This document shows positions 23,091 through 35,490 of a stretch of DNA of 64,000 nt, piece after piece; the first letter of the stretch is position 1, and each line of letters begins with the position of its first letter. The DNA is from Azolla caroliniana. Its lineage: Eukaryota; Plantae; Polypodiophyta. Location: the NCBI GenBank assembly GCA_043228905.1, contig JBHGNT010000015.1, positions 1,860,001 to 1,924,000 of the forward strand, read 5' to 3'. Below the pieces are notes generated by a model. That model ran no database searches and was not told the origin of the DNA. It worked only from the letters and a program-made list of their open reading frames with translations. Position numbers and translations under genes: made by a program.

Positions 23091-25578
23091 GTCGATTCCG
23101 GAGCGTCGTTCCACCTGACCCCGGAAAGAAGATACTTCTCATCCTATACAGCCGGTGAGCATGGCTGCGTTCGGATGGGAAATGAAGGTACGTGCCGGAT
23201 TTCCGGCATAGGAGACGTGTGGTTAACAACCTCGACCGGATGCAAAATGTTGCTGAAGGATGTCCGACACGTTCCGGAGGTTCGATTGAACCTGATTTCG
23301 GCCGGGAGGCTAGATGATGAAGGCTACACAGGTAGCATCCGGAACTGCGTAATGAAGTTCAGCAAGGGGAGCCTGATAGTGGCTCGGGCCCGGAAAGTCA
23401 ACACACTGTACCTTATGAATGCCTGGTTGTGTCCGGAGGAGTTGAACGTGGCAGCCGACACTGCCGGTGAGCTGTGGCACAAGAGACTGTGCCACATGAG
23501 TGAGAAGGGGATGAAGAGGCTTGCAGAAGACAACCTTATTCCAGTGAAGCATGTGCACCTGGAGAAGTGCACCGATTGCCTGGCCGGTAAACAGAACCGA
23601 ACCTCCTTCCACTCAAGGCCACCGACGAGACGTAGCGCACCATTGGAGTTGGTGCACACTGACGTGTGTCAAGTAGAAACGAAGTCACATGGCGGAGCCC
23701 AGTACTTCGTGACATTCATTGATGACCACAGCCGGAAGCTGTGGACGGCACCGTTGAAGACAAAGGACCAAGTGTTGTGCGTCTTCAAAGAACTCCACGC
23801 GAGAGTGGAAAGGGAATCCGGCAAGAAGCTGAAAGCGATACGAGCGGATAACGGAGGGGAATACCGGGGGCAGTTCGCGGAGTACTGTCGCTCGAAGGGA
23901 ATCCGGCTCGAGTTTACTGTGCCGAAGACGCCGGAACTGAACGGGCTGGCCGAGAGGATGAACCGGACCATAATGGAGAGGGTCCGGAGTATGCTGGCGC
24001 ATGCGAAATTACCCAAGGGGTTTTGGGCTGAGGCAATTTCGACGGCGACATACGTGATAAACATATCACCCTCAGTACCTTTGGACGGAGACACGCCGCA
24101 GAGAGTGTGGACCGGCAGGGAAGTATCCTACCGGCATCTGAAGGTGTTCGGGTGTCTCGCATACGTGCATGTGGCAAAGGACCGGAGAGGAAAGCTAGAT
24201 CCAAAGACCCGGCCATGCATATTCCTCGGTTACGGCGATGACGAGTTCGGCTACCGAGTATGGGACCCGGTCGACAAGAAGATATTCCGGAGTCGTGATA
24301 TCATCTTCATGGAGAACAAGACACTCGCCGACTGGGAGTCGGAGAAGAAGATGAAGAGCTCCAAGTCGACCGGTGAGGATCAACTCTACGAGGAGCAGTC
24401 CCGACCGGCAAGGGACCGGTTAGCACTCGAGGATCCGGCCGAAGACGGTGAAGAAACAGAACCGGCCGAAGAAGATGAAAATGATACCGGAACCGGCCCC
24501 GATCCCGAAATGGATTCGGATGAAGAAGAATCGGAAGAACCGGTTACGGAAGCTCCGGAACGGAGATATCCTCTAAGAGAGAGAAGGGCCCCCCGGAGAT
24601 TTCCGGAACCAGAGCACGTGCTGCTAACCGACGAGGGGGAGCCGGAGAGCTTTGAAGAAGCAAAGCATGACACCCAGAGCCGCAGGTGGTTGAGTGCCAT
24701 GCAGGACGAGATGGATTCCCTGCATGAGAACCACACATATGAACTTGTGGAGTTGCCGAAAGGAAAGCGGGCACTTCGAAACAAGTGGGTGTTCAAGCTG
24801 AAACCGGGAGATGCCGGAAACCCCCCGAGATACAAAGCCAGGATCGTGGTGAAGGGGTTTCAGCAGAAGAAGGGCGTCGACTTCGACGAGATATTTGCCC
24901 CGGTAGTGAAGATGACCTCCATCCGGACGGTGCTGAGCATAGCGGTAAGCATGGACCTCGAGGTAGAACAGATGGACGTGAAGACGACATTCCTTCACGG
25001 TGACCTCGAAGAAGAGATCTACATGCAGCAACCGGAAGGATTCGAGAAGAAAGGGAAGGAGCACCTGGTATGCCGGTTGAAGAAGAGCCTTTACGGACTG
25101 AAGCAGGCTCCCTGGCAATGGTACCGGAAGTTCGACTCCTTCATGACCGACGAAGGGTACCTCAAAACGCAGTCCGACCACTGCGTGTTTGTGAAGAAGT
25201 TCGAAGGAGGAGACTTTCTAATACTCCTCCTGTACGTGGACGACATGTTGATCGTCGGACGGGACCAGGTCAAGATACGGATGCTGAAGAAGGCTCTTCA
25301 CCGAACCTTCTCAATGAAGGACTTGGGTCCGGCGAGACAAATACTAGGGATGCACATCATCCGGGACCGGAGCAAGAAGCAGTTGTGGCTGTCACAGGAG
25401 AAGTACGTGACAAAGGTGCTTAAACGGTTCAACATGTCGGAAGCAAGACTGGTCGGATCGACCCTCCCGGCAAACTGCAAGCTGTCCAGCAAGCAAAGCC
25501 CCAAGACAAAGGCTGAGAAGGAGGACATGATGAAAGTGCCATATGCCTCTGCCGTCGGAAGCTTGATGTACGCAATGG

Positions 25579-28500
25579 TGTTAAGAAAACGTGAAGAAGG
25601 CACTCGAGCTCTTCTTATGTATGCGCGGCGGATCGTAGTGTGCTGGATCGTTAGCGTGCTCTAAACAGACAGAGAAAGGAAAGGGGACTTACCTCTATAG
25701 TAGCAAAATGGTTTTCTTCTATTACATGTAGAGCTCAACTTGCTCTCGTCAGTCTTCTGGTCTCTCACACTCTCTCAGAGTTCTCTACTCACTATTCTCT
25801 GTTTTTTCTTACTACTTACTTTTCTATTCACTCTCACTTACTTTTACCTAAGTCATAAGTTATTACACATGCAGCTAATTAGCTGCCAGTAGCTAATTAG
25901 CTGTCAGTCGCTAAATAGCTGTTCACTAGCTAATTAGCTGTCACTAGCTAAATAGCTGTCACTAGCTAAATAGCTGTTTTACCTTTTTGTTCACTAGTAG
26001 CTAAATAGCTACTATAGCTTATTTCTCATAAGCATCACATACCATGTTGAGCTTGCTTCTCAACACTCCCCCTCAAGCTCAACTTATTCTCGCTTGAGGT
26101 TCTCTTCAATCTTCTTTTCCATTCTGCTTTTTAGCCATCTCATCAATGTTTACAACTCCCATCATGTTCCGAAACTGTGTATGCTTTTCCACACTCAATC
26201 CCTTCGTAAGGATATCAGCAACCTGCTGATTTGTATTCACATACACCAGATCAACTTCACCTTCCATCACTTTTTCTCTAACAAAGTGATAATGCACCTC
26301 AATGTGCTTTGTTCTTGCATGGAACACTGGGTTCTTTGCAAGCTGAATGCTGCTCATATTGTCACACCAGATTGTGACAGCACCATCTATATATACTCCC
26401 AGATCAGCAAGCAGTCTTCTGATCCATACTTCTTCACATGTGGCTATTGCAGCTCCTCTGTACTCAGCTTCAGTACTAGACAATGCAACAGTAGCCTGTT
26501 TCTTGCTACTCCATGAAATACCTGCACTTCCCAATGTAAAGATATATCCACTTGTGGATCTTCTATCTGTTTGGCTTCCAGCCCAATCAGCATCTGTATA
26601 TCCTTCCAGATTTATGTCCAAATCAGCCCTGTAAAACAATCCATAGTTCTGAGTAGCTTTTACATACCTCAGAATTCTTCTAATGCAGTCCAAATGCGGC
26701 TTTGTTGGCTGTTGCATAAATTGGCTGACTAATCCAACTGCATAGCTCAAATCAGGTCTTGTTATGGTCAAATAAATAAGGCTGCCCACCATAGACCTGT
26801 ACATGTTTACATATTCTATCTTGGCTCCCAAATCAGCCCTCAACTTGCAGTTTTTATCAAGTGGTACAGCAATAGGTTTGCATCCAAGCATACCATACTT
26901 TTTCAACATAGTTGTTGCATACTGTTTTTGCAACATACATATACCACTTTCAGATCTGATGATTTCAATACCAAGAAAATATCTCAGATCTCCCAAATCT
27001 TTCATATGAAACTGCATTTCCAGATTTTTTTTCAACTTTCTTATTTCATCCACGGAATCTCCTCCAATAATCAAATCATCTACATAAATCAGAATAATAA
27101 CAATGCAATCATTTTCACTTTTTACATACAAAGAAGGATCAGCTTTTGACATTTTGAAACCAAGATTTTTCAGAGAATCTGACAGTTCTCTGTGCCATGC
27201 TCTTGGTGCCTGTTTCAGTCCATAGAGAGCTTTTTTCAGCTTACATACATAATCAGGATGTTTCTTATCTTCAAAACCTGGTGGTTGACTCATATACACT
27301 TCTTCTTCCAAGTTACCATGTAAAAAAGCATTTTTTACATCCATGTGATGCAAAATCCATTTTCTGGCTGCTCCTACAGCAAGTAGTGTTCTCAAGGTTG
27401 CCATCTTTGCAACCGGTGCAAAAGTCTCATCATAATCAATCCCTTGCATCTGGGCATATCCTTTTGCAACCAATCTTGCTTTATGTCTACTTACATTCCC
27501 ATTGGAGTCATGCTTTGTCTTGTAGACCCATTTGCAGCCTACCACATTTTTCTCTTTTGGTAACTTCACTAAATCCCATGTTTTGTTCTCAGCCAACGCA
27601 TCAATCTCTTCTTGCATTGTATCCATCCATTTCTTCTCAGATTTTGCTTCTTCAAAGCTGTTTGGGTCAGGGATCTGTACCACCTTAGACATATATGCAT
27701 AGTGCATAGCCATATATGTATCATACCCAAATCTTTCCACAGTCTTTTTCTCTCTATCTGATCTTCTCAGTTTCTGATTTGCATTCTTTATTGCCTTTTC
27801 CATACCAGGGATTTTCATTTCCTGTATTCCAAGGAAATCATCCAAAGACATATCTGAATCTTCATCTTCCATGTTTTTTGATAGGTCATCCGGGATTTCA
27901 TACTCTGGCATTTTCTGTTTTCCTTTTTTGTCATCAGATTTTTTCTGTCCAGTTTTTCCACTCCAGGAATTTGAATCAGATTTACCATCTGAGCTTTTTG
28001 ATGGTCCAGAACATTCTGTTGATGTTGGACTTTGCTGTCCAACCTTGTCTCAATCTCTGTGACAGTCTTCTACATTTTCTGATCTGTCTTTGTCTTCATC
28101 TTGACAGTCTTCATCAGTCTCTAGATTCTGTTTTGGGCTGTACCAACTAGCCAACTCATCAAATATCACATCTCGACTTGTCACAATCTTTTTAGTCATA
28201 GGGTTATAACATCTGTACCCTTTTTGTTCTTCTGAATATCCAACAAAGATACATTTTTCTGCTTTTGGATCCAACTTACTTCTTACTTCTGCAGGCACAT
28301 GTACATATGCAAGGCATCCAAACACTTTCAAGTGTTGTAAGCTAGGCTTCCTGCCATAAAAACACTCTTCAGGAGTTGCCTCATGTACTCCTGATGTAAT
28401 ACATCTATTTAAAATGTAATTTGCTGTATTTACAGCCTCTGCCCAATAGTATAATGGCATGTTCTTCTCAGTCATCATTGCCCTTGCTATGTTCACCAAA

Positions 28501-31030
28501 GTTCTGTTTTTTCTCTCAGCAACTCCATTTTGCTGTGGAGTATATCGGCATGTGAACTGATTACACAACAAAACAGAAAATTCATTGGAGAAATACTCTC
28601 CTCCTCCATCAGATCTCAAACATTTTATCCTTGTACCAGCCTGCTTTTCTACCATGCATTTAAACTTACGAAAACAGTCAAATACTTCACTTTTCTCCTT
28701 CATGAAGTACACCCATGTCTTCCGTGAACAATCATCAATAAATGTAACATAAAATCTGCATCCACCAATAGATGCATTCTTTGTTGGTCCCCATACATCT
28801 GTATGTACCAAATCCAACAGATTTTTGCTTACATGTCTCTCATGAGGGAATGGCAACCTGTTTTGCTTACCATATTGACATGCTTCACATACTTTTCCCA
28901 TTTCACACTTTTTCAAGTTTGGCAGTCCAGCCACTGCATCTTTTCTCAACATATTCTTTAATGTTTGCATACTTATATGGCCAATCCTTTTATGCCACAT
29001 TTCCACATCTGAGATTACACTCGTTCCATTTGCAAACATGGCTGAAATCTGTTTGGGCATTTCTACATCCAAGATAAACATTCTTCCTTGTCTCTTTCCT
29101 TTTGCAATGAGCTTCCCATTCTTTTCTATATAGCATCCACTTTGCTTAAACTTCACTTGCATACCTTGCTCTACAATCTGTCCAACAGAAATCAGATTCT
29201 TAGCAAGGTTTGGAACATGCATCACATTCAACATATACTTGGTTTTTCCTCTTTCTTCCCACAATGGGATATCTCCAACATGTTTTATTTGGTGAGTTGT
29301 GTCATCACCTGTTTGTACATAACCAGGAACCTCTGGTTCTCTTAAACTCTCAAACCAATTTGCATGTCCAGTCATATGGTTAGATGCCCCCGAGTCTACA
29401 TACCACGTAAACTCTTCATTACATTTCTGTGAGCTTTCAGCCACTGCTGCTATCTCATGTTGCACTACAAAACCACCTTCCTTTTCACAATCTTCACTAG
29501 TAGAGGCATAGTTACTCTGTTGTCCTTTTCCTCTTTTCTCATCATTTTGTTTCTTGTAACATTCAGCCTGTGTATGGCCTGGTTTACCACAATACCAGCA
29601 GCCATCATCATTTACATAAGTTTGCTTACCTCTACCTCGGTTGCTCCCCCTGCCTCTGTTGTTGTTTCTTCCTCTAATGGTTTGTTGTCCTCTTCCTTGA
29701 TAACCATTATTGTTGGTTCTTGCTGAGCCAAATCTTCCATGGCCTCTTCCTCGGCCTCTTCCGGCATTATTATAGAGGGCTTGCCCCTCGTTCTCTGAGT
29801 TTCCTTTATTTGCATCATCCATCTGATTCCTTTCCTCTACCACAAGCATTGAGACCAGATCTGAAAAACTTGGGGTACTATCCCTTGTGAGCATAGAAGT
29901 TTTAAAACTCTTGTATTGAGGTCCTAAGCCTCTTAAGCATATTTCCACTTTGTCATCATCTTCTATCTTCACATTGATAGAAGCAAGTGATTCACATATA
30001 CTCTTGATTTTTAGGGCATATTCAATTATTGACATCTTACCTTTCTCCAAGGTATTTAGCTCAGTCTTTAACTGGAGCTTTCTAGCCTTTGTGTTCACAG
30101 CAAACAGTTTTACCAAGTTGTCCCAAGCTTCTTTTGGGAGCTTAGCATCTTGTATATGCCCAAGCATTGAATCTGAGATGCTGAGTGATAGCCAATGCAT
30201 TACTTTCCTTGCCCCTTGATTCCAATCTTTAAATGTTTTAATCTGTGCTGCTGTGGCATTTTCTTCTGGGATCTCCGGAGCCTCTTCTAGGTCTCCTTCA
30301 ATGTAATCCCAGTATCCTTTCCCCATCAGAAAGTTTGTCATTCTGAATTTCCACGCCGGGAAATTGTTTTTATCTAATTTCTCTGTGACCATTTGGCCTA
30401 CATTTTCTGCAGCCATTTTTTTTCCTTCCAAAAAACCAGGGTTTTGCTTTAGTTACTTCAACAAGTAACTTTCTGATTTCTGATCAGCAACCAGAGAAAT
30501 AACTTTCTCAGATTAAGGCACTGCTATACTCTTCCTTACGAGCTACTCTGCTCTGATACCATGTTAAGAAAACGTGAAGAAGGCACTCGAGCTCTTCTTA
30601 TGTATGCGCGGCGGATCGTAGTGTGCTGGATCGTTAGCGTGCTCTAAACAGACAGAGAAAGGAAAGGGGACTTACCTCTATAGTAGCAAAATGGTTTTCT
30701 TCTATTACATGTAGAGCTCAACTTGCTCTCGTCAGTCTTCTGGTCTCTCACACTCTCTAAGAGTTCTCTACTCACTATTCTCTGTTTTTTCTTACTACTT
30801 ACTTTTCTATTCACTCTCACTTACTTTTACCTAAGTCATAAGTTATTACACATGCAGCTAATTAGCTGCCAGTAGCTAATTAGCTGTCAGTCGCTAAATA
30901 GTTGTTCACTAGCTAATTAGCTGTCACTAGCTAAATAGCTGTTTTACCTTTTTGTTCACTAGTAGCTAAATAGCTACTATAGCTTATTTCTCATAAGCAT
31001 CACATACCATGTTGAGCTTGCTTCTCAACA
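25579..31030 (-). mobile_element. Ty1/Copia element D (AT-rich, unrelated family)
   Basis: LTRs 30562-31030 (5') and 25579-26065 (3'); tRNA-iMet PBS at 30550-30561 abutting the LTR; PPT AGGGGGAG at 26066-26073; TSD AATGG. Confidence 0.95.
26106..30416 (-). pseudogene. Copia D gag-pol with one premature TGA (28050-28052)
   Basis: ORFs 28050-30431 and 26106-27911 are in the same frame. Motifs CWYCGKPGHTQAEC, WYVDSGAS, HTDVWGP, YVDD, TKHIEVHYHF. The integrase appears to have a short in-frame deletion (NEFSVLLCNQFTCRY). Confidence 0.88.
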
Positions 31031-32855
31031 AATGGTGTGTACAAGACCGGACATTGGATACGCAGTCGGAGTGGTGAGCCAGTACATGAGCAATCCCGGC
31101 AAAGAGCATTGGAACGCGGCCAAGTGGATACTCCGATACCTGAAGGGCACGACAAACGTGTGCCTCCGATTCGGCTCCGGTAAGCCCGAACTCGACGGCT
31201 TCACCGATTCGGATATGTCGGCTGATGCAGATACCAGCCGGTCCACATCAGGGTATGTGATGACGTATGCAGGGGGAGCTGTTTCATGGCAGTCGAGGCT
31301 GCAGAAGACGGTTGCGTTGTCAACCACGGAGGCGGAGTACATGGCGGCTGTTGAAGCCGGCAAGGAAATAATATGGATGAAGGACTTCATTAGAGAGCTC
31401 GGTATCCGGCAGGAGGAGTACCGACTCTACTGCGACAGTCAGAGTGCAATCCACCTTGCGAAGAACGCGGCCTATCACTCCCGGACGAAGCACATCCAGC
31501 GAAGATATCACTGGATCCGGGAAAGGATAGAAGACAAGGAGTTCGTGCTGACGAAGGTCCACACGGACGAGAACGGGTCGGATATGCTGACCAAGGTGCT
31601 CACACCCGACAAGCTGGAAGCATGCCGGAAGAGGATCGGATTGGAGAGACATCCCATGCCGAAGTGAAGGGGGAGTTTGTTGGGATTACGGTCCCTTCGG
31701 ATGGGATGGTCGGATGTCGGAGATGAATGCCGACAAGCCCGGTTGCGGTTTCGGAACCGGATGATGAAGACCCTGGCTTCGGAGCCGGATGACGAATGTA
31801 CCCGGAGAGAGATCCGGATGCGGGGACATATCTGTGAATATGTTTGCCAAGGGCCCTTGAGGCTATAGTTGTAAATAGCCCCAAAGTCATATGTGTATAA
31901 ATATGACTTAGGGCAAACAGTTTTAATGTTGCTACTCATTTTTCTGTTTTTCCACTCAAGAGGAGTGAAGAGAGAGCAGCCGTGAGAGAGATAGAGCGTG
32001 AGAGAGGAAGAGGTCGACGCCTCTGTGTATTTCCGCCGCCTGTGGCAAGGACAACGAGCTCAAGGTCGTCGCCTTGCAGCTCGCCATTGTATACTTCTCT
32101 GTGCATAGTTTTGGTTCGAAGTCTTGTACTCCCGTGGTTTTTTTCCCGTACAGGGTTTTCCACGTTAAATCGTGTGTCCACTTATTTACTTCTGCATTTC
32201 CCATTTTCTGCAACAACGATTCGTGTGTTTCCTTGGTTGTGGCCAAGAGGTGAAGTTTGGAAAGTGTCGATTAATTTTCCATCAGACCCGGTTTCGGATT
32301 CGGATGATGAAGACCTGGTTTCGGTTCCGGATGATGAAGACCCTGGCTACGGAGCCGGATGACGAATGTACCCGGAGAGAGATCCGGATGCGGGGACATA
32401 TTTGTGAATATGTTTGCCAAGGGCCCTCGAGGCTATACTTGTAAATAGCCCGAAAGTCATATGTGTATAAATATGACTTAGGGCAAACAGTTTTGTTGTT
32501 GTTGCTCATTTTTTTCTGTTTTCCACTTAGAGGGAGCGAAGTGAGAGCAGCCGAGAGAGAGAGAGAGAGAGAGAGAAAGGAAGAGGTCGACGCCTCTGTG
32601 TAATACCGCCGCCTGTGGCGAGGACAGCGAGCTCAAGGTCGTTGCCTTGCAGCTCGCCATTGTACATTCCCTGCGTATAGTGATAGTTGGAGTCTTGCAC
32701 TCCCGTGGTTTTTCCCGTCTAGGGTTTTCCACGCTAAATCCTGTGCATTCGAGTCTCTCTCTGTGTTTTTTGATTTACTTCTGCATTGATTCGTGTTTCC
32801 TCGGTTGTGGCCGAGAGGTGAAGGTTTTGGAAAGCGTCGATTTCCTAACATTGTT

Positions 32856-35490
32856 GCCTTCCTGCTCCGGCAGTTGCGTCTTCTTCGGCTTCATCTGCTC
32901 TTAGATTCACTCTTTCTGCCTTCGGCTGCTCCCGTTCGATTTTTGTTGGCTGTTCCGGTACGGTCTCTCTCGGTTGATCCATTTTGGCTTCATCTGGCTC
33001 CATTCGGTGGCTGCTCCGGAGATTCCTCTCCATCACTTATGTTGATCGCCGTTGTCCTTCGTGATGCCTCCTGCCGTCTACGCTTCCGTTTGAATCGCTC
33101 GAATTGGAGTTGAGTTTGGAGCTGGTCATCATCTAACTGTTCTACCAGCCATCTTACAGCCGCCGGTTGTTCTCCTACCAGGGACAAAAAATCATCTGAC
33201 AACTCTTCCCTGATGGTTACAATACTCTCCGCATCCATCTTATAGAAGTTGTCACCGTCCTTTCTCCAGTTCTCAGCATCTGCTCACAAAGTTTGTAATT
33301 CCGCCACCTATTGTGCCCATTTAAACCACCATTGCACTGAGCTTTCATCAATCATTCTCCTTGTCATTGCTTTCCATGCTAACACAATGTCGCGGATTCG
33401 GTTGAGCCCCATCTTGGATTTGTCCTCCACGGCCTGCTTTTCCTCCTTTAACTTCTTTATCAGGCCCGTGGTTGCCTGTGCTTGCATGCCATATTCTAGC
33501 AATTGAGTCTGATAACTTGTCTGAACCCTATTCAAAGCCATTTTTGCTCGTTGCATCTTTTCATAGTGCTGTCGGGTGAGCACCGTCCTTTCCCTTGATG
33601 CTTCCTCTAGCAGCTTTGCCGACTTAATCGCCTTAGTTCGTTCTTCCACCAACGCATCCATTTTTTTGGTTACCTCATTTCAGAGTTCTCTAATCTTCTC
33701 CTGCTGTCGGTCACATTCCGCCATCAACTTCTTGTGCTCTGCTTCCAAGTGCTTGTGATACCGATGTAGTCTTTCAAAGTCCTCGATCTTCTGATTTAAC
33801 CTCTGGTTGATTTGACTTCTTGCTCTATCTTCTTTGTCTTTATGTTGTCGGAGCTCTTCTTTCAATCGTTCAATCTCTCCTTCTACCATCCGGCGCAGGT
33901 TGTCTTTCTCTTGTAGTAGTTTGTCTTTTTCCTCTTTTAACCAAGTTTGTCTCTCCTTCTACCATCCGGCTACTTGAGTCTTTTAGAGGTTTTCTTCTAT
34001 TTTCCGCTTCTCCTCCTCCGATGTCTTCGTTTGCTCCCTTTCTCTGGCCCGCAAGGCCTCCTGAGTTGCTAACTCCTCCCTTAGGGTGGAGAGTTCCTGT
34101 TCTCGTGCATTATTGCTATCTAGTTCTATAGAAGCCACTAGCTCAGTGCTTGTTTGTAAATTAACTGGTGCCATCAGTTCTGATATAGTTGGCCCGGTAA
34201 GGACCTCCCTAACCGCGCCTGCCTTGGCCTTTTCTAAGTCTTCTTCCAAGCTCCAGATTCGTGTCTAGGCCTTCTCCGATTCCTCGGTGGTGGCGAACAA
34301 CCGGTCCCATTGTGCTTTTTCTTCTTCTTCTATTCGGCTCATCACCCTAGCTACTTACTCTCTGATCCAACACAACCATTGATTGTTGGTGCCTTGTTGT
34401 CTCATCAGTTCTGGTCGTGGTGTTGGCTCTAGTCTCGCCTCAAGCCCTTGTTGTACTGATGGCTCTAACAACAACTCCTGTTCTTGGTGTGCTTGTCGAC
34501 TCGGTGAGATGTGTAGTTCTATCACCGGCTCTGGTATAACTGGTGCCACTGCTACTGGACGAACATGCCTAGTCTCCTGCCTTGCCTCTTGTCCCTTGGT
34601 GCGGGGAGTCAGTGTGTTGTCCTTCTCCGGATCTGATCCGTCCCCATGCTCTTCTGTGTCGTGTCTTCTCTGGCGATGTTGGAGATTGTCGGCAGGTTCT
34701 TCGTCCGCCTCCTCCTCCTCATGGGTTCCAACGTTAATCTTTTGAGCCAAGGTGGGTGGTCTCGCGCTTGCCGGCACAATTTTCTTTTTAGGGGCTCCGC
34801 CGGTGCCTCCTTCTCTGCTTGGTTTTTCCGGCTTGGTTTTTCCTTTTCCGCCTGTGTTGACGGTTCCTGTTCCGTTTGCACTGATCCTCCCTCTGACCAT
34901 CCAGGAGTGTGCTTGGCGAAGAGTTCTTGCTGCTTAGATGGCTTGGTGGGCGTTGTATCCGTCGTTTGAGGCCGCTTCTTGTCTTTTATGGCTAGTACTG
35001 GGGGTGCAAGAAGGGTGAGCCATTGTGCCACCGCGGTCTAGAGCTTCTTTCCATCCACAACCGATTGCATGGCCGCTCGCAATGAATCAGCGGAGATCAC
35101 CGGCCAATCCACTCGAACCCCTTCATATGTTGCGATGATGAAACCGGCCCTCTTCTTAGGCATCGCCTGAGGGTGAGAGTGTATGAAGTTGTATTCATGA
35201 AGCACATGGGCTACTTCAAGTTCTCAAAACATGGCATCTTCGTCACCTTGTGTCCGATACGCTTTGCTGGCGAGGGAGTATTCGCCAAAGAACTTTGGCA
35301 ACGTCTCTAGGGAAGGATTCTCGATGGAGAAGAGCCCTCCCTCTGGTAGATTGATGAGGGCTCAAATTGCATCCTCCGTGATTTCGTCAAGGTTGATTTT
35401 CTGCGCGACCTTTTCCGGTTCTTCGTGGGGAGGTGCTTCGACTACCTGGAGGAAACCCTCTAGTCCGTTCTGGGTTAACCACTTCTTTGT
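32856..35490 (-). pseudogene. Main segment of the A1 extra ORF (unknown N-terminal domain + long coiled coil); starts at 58398 and ends at 15928, split by A2 and B
   Basis: Fragmented ORFs (MEEDLEKAKAGAVREVLTGPTISE..., MVEGEIERLKEELRQHKDKE..., MDAESIVTIREELSDDF...) are collinear with the A2 copy and in the same sense as gag-pol. Confidence 0.75.

Larger units (their letters stand above)
16763..31667 (+). pseudogene. Copia B gag-pol polyprotein split by insertions C and D (segments 16763-17721, 23096-25578, 31036-31667)
   Basis: Removing C and D with one TSD copy each rejoins WVV|DSGASFH and MYAMV|CTRPDIG into one stop-free frame of 4074 nt. Contains CFHCGKPGHFRKNC, integrase, RT (YVDD) and RNase H. 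Confidence 0.9.
16067..32850 (+). mobile_element. Ty1/Copia element B (Tnt1/TAR-Tork-like), inserted in the tail of the A1 extra ORF
   Basis: 5' LTR 16067-16731; PBS TGGTATCAGAGC (tRNA-iMet) at 16735; PPT AAGTGAAGGGGGAG before 31678; compound 3' LTR 31678-32850; TSD TTGTT. Confidence 0.9.
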
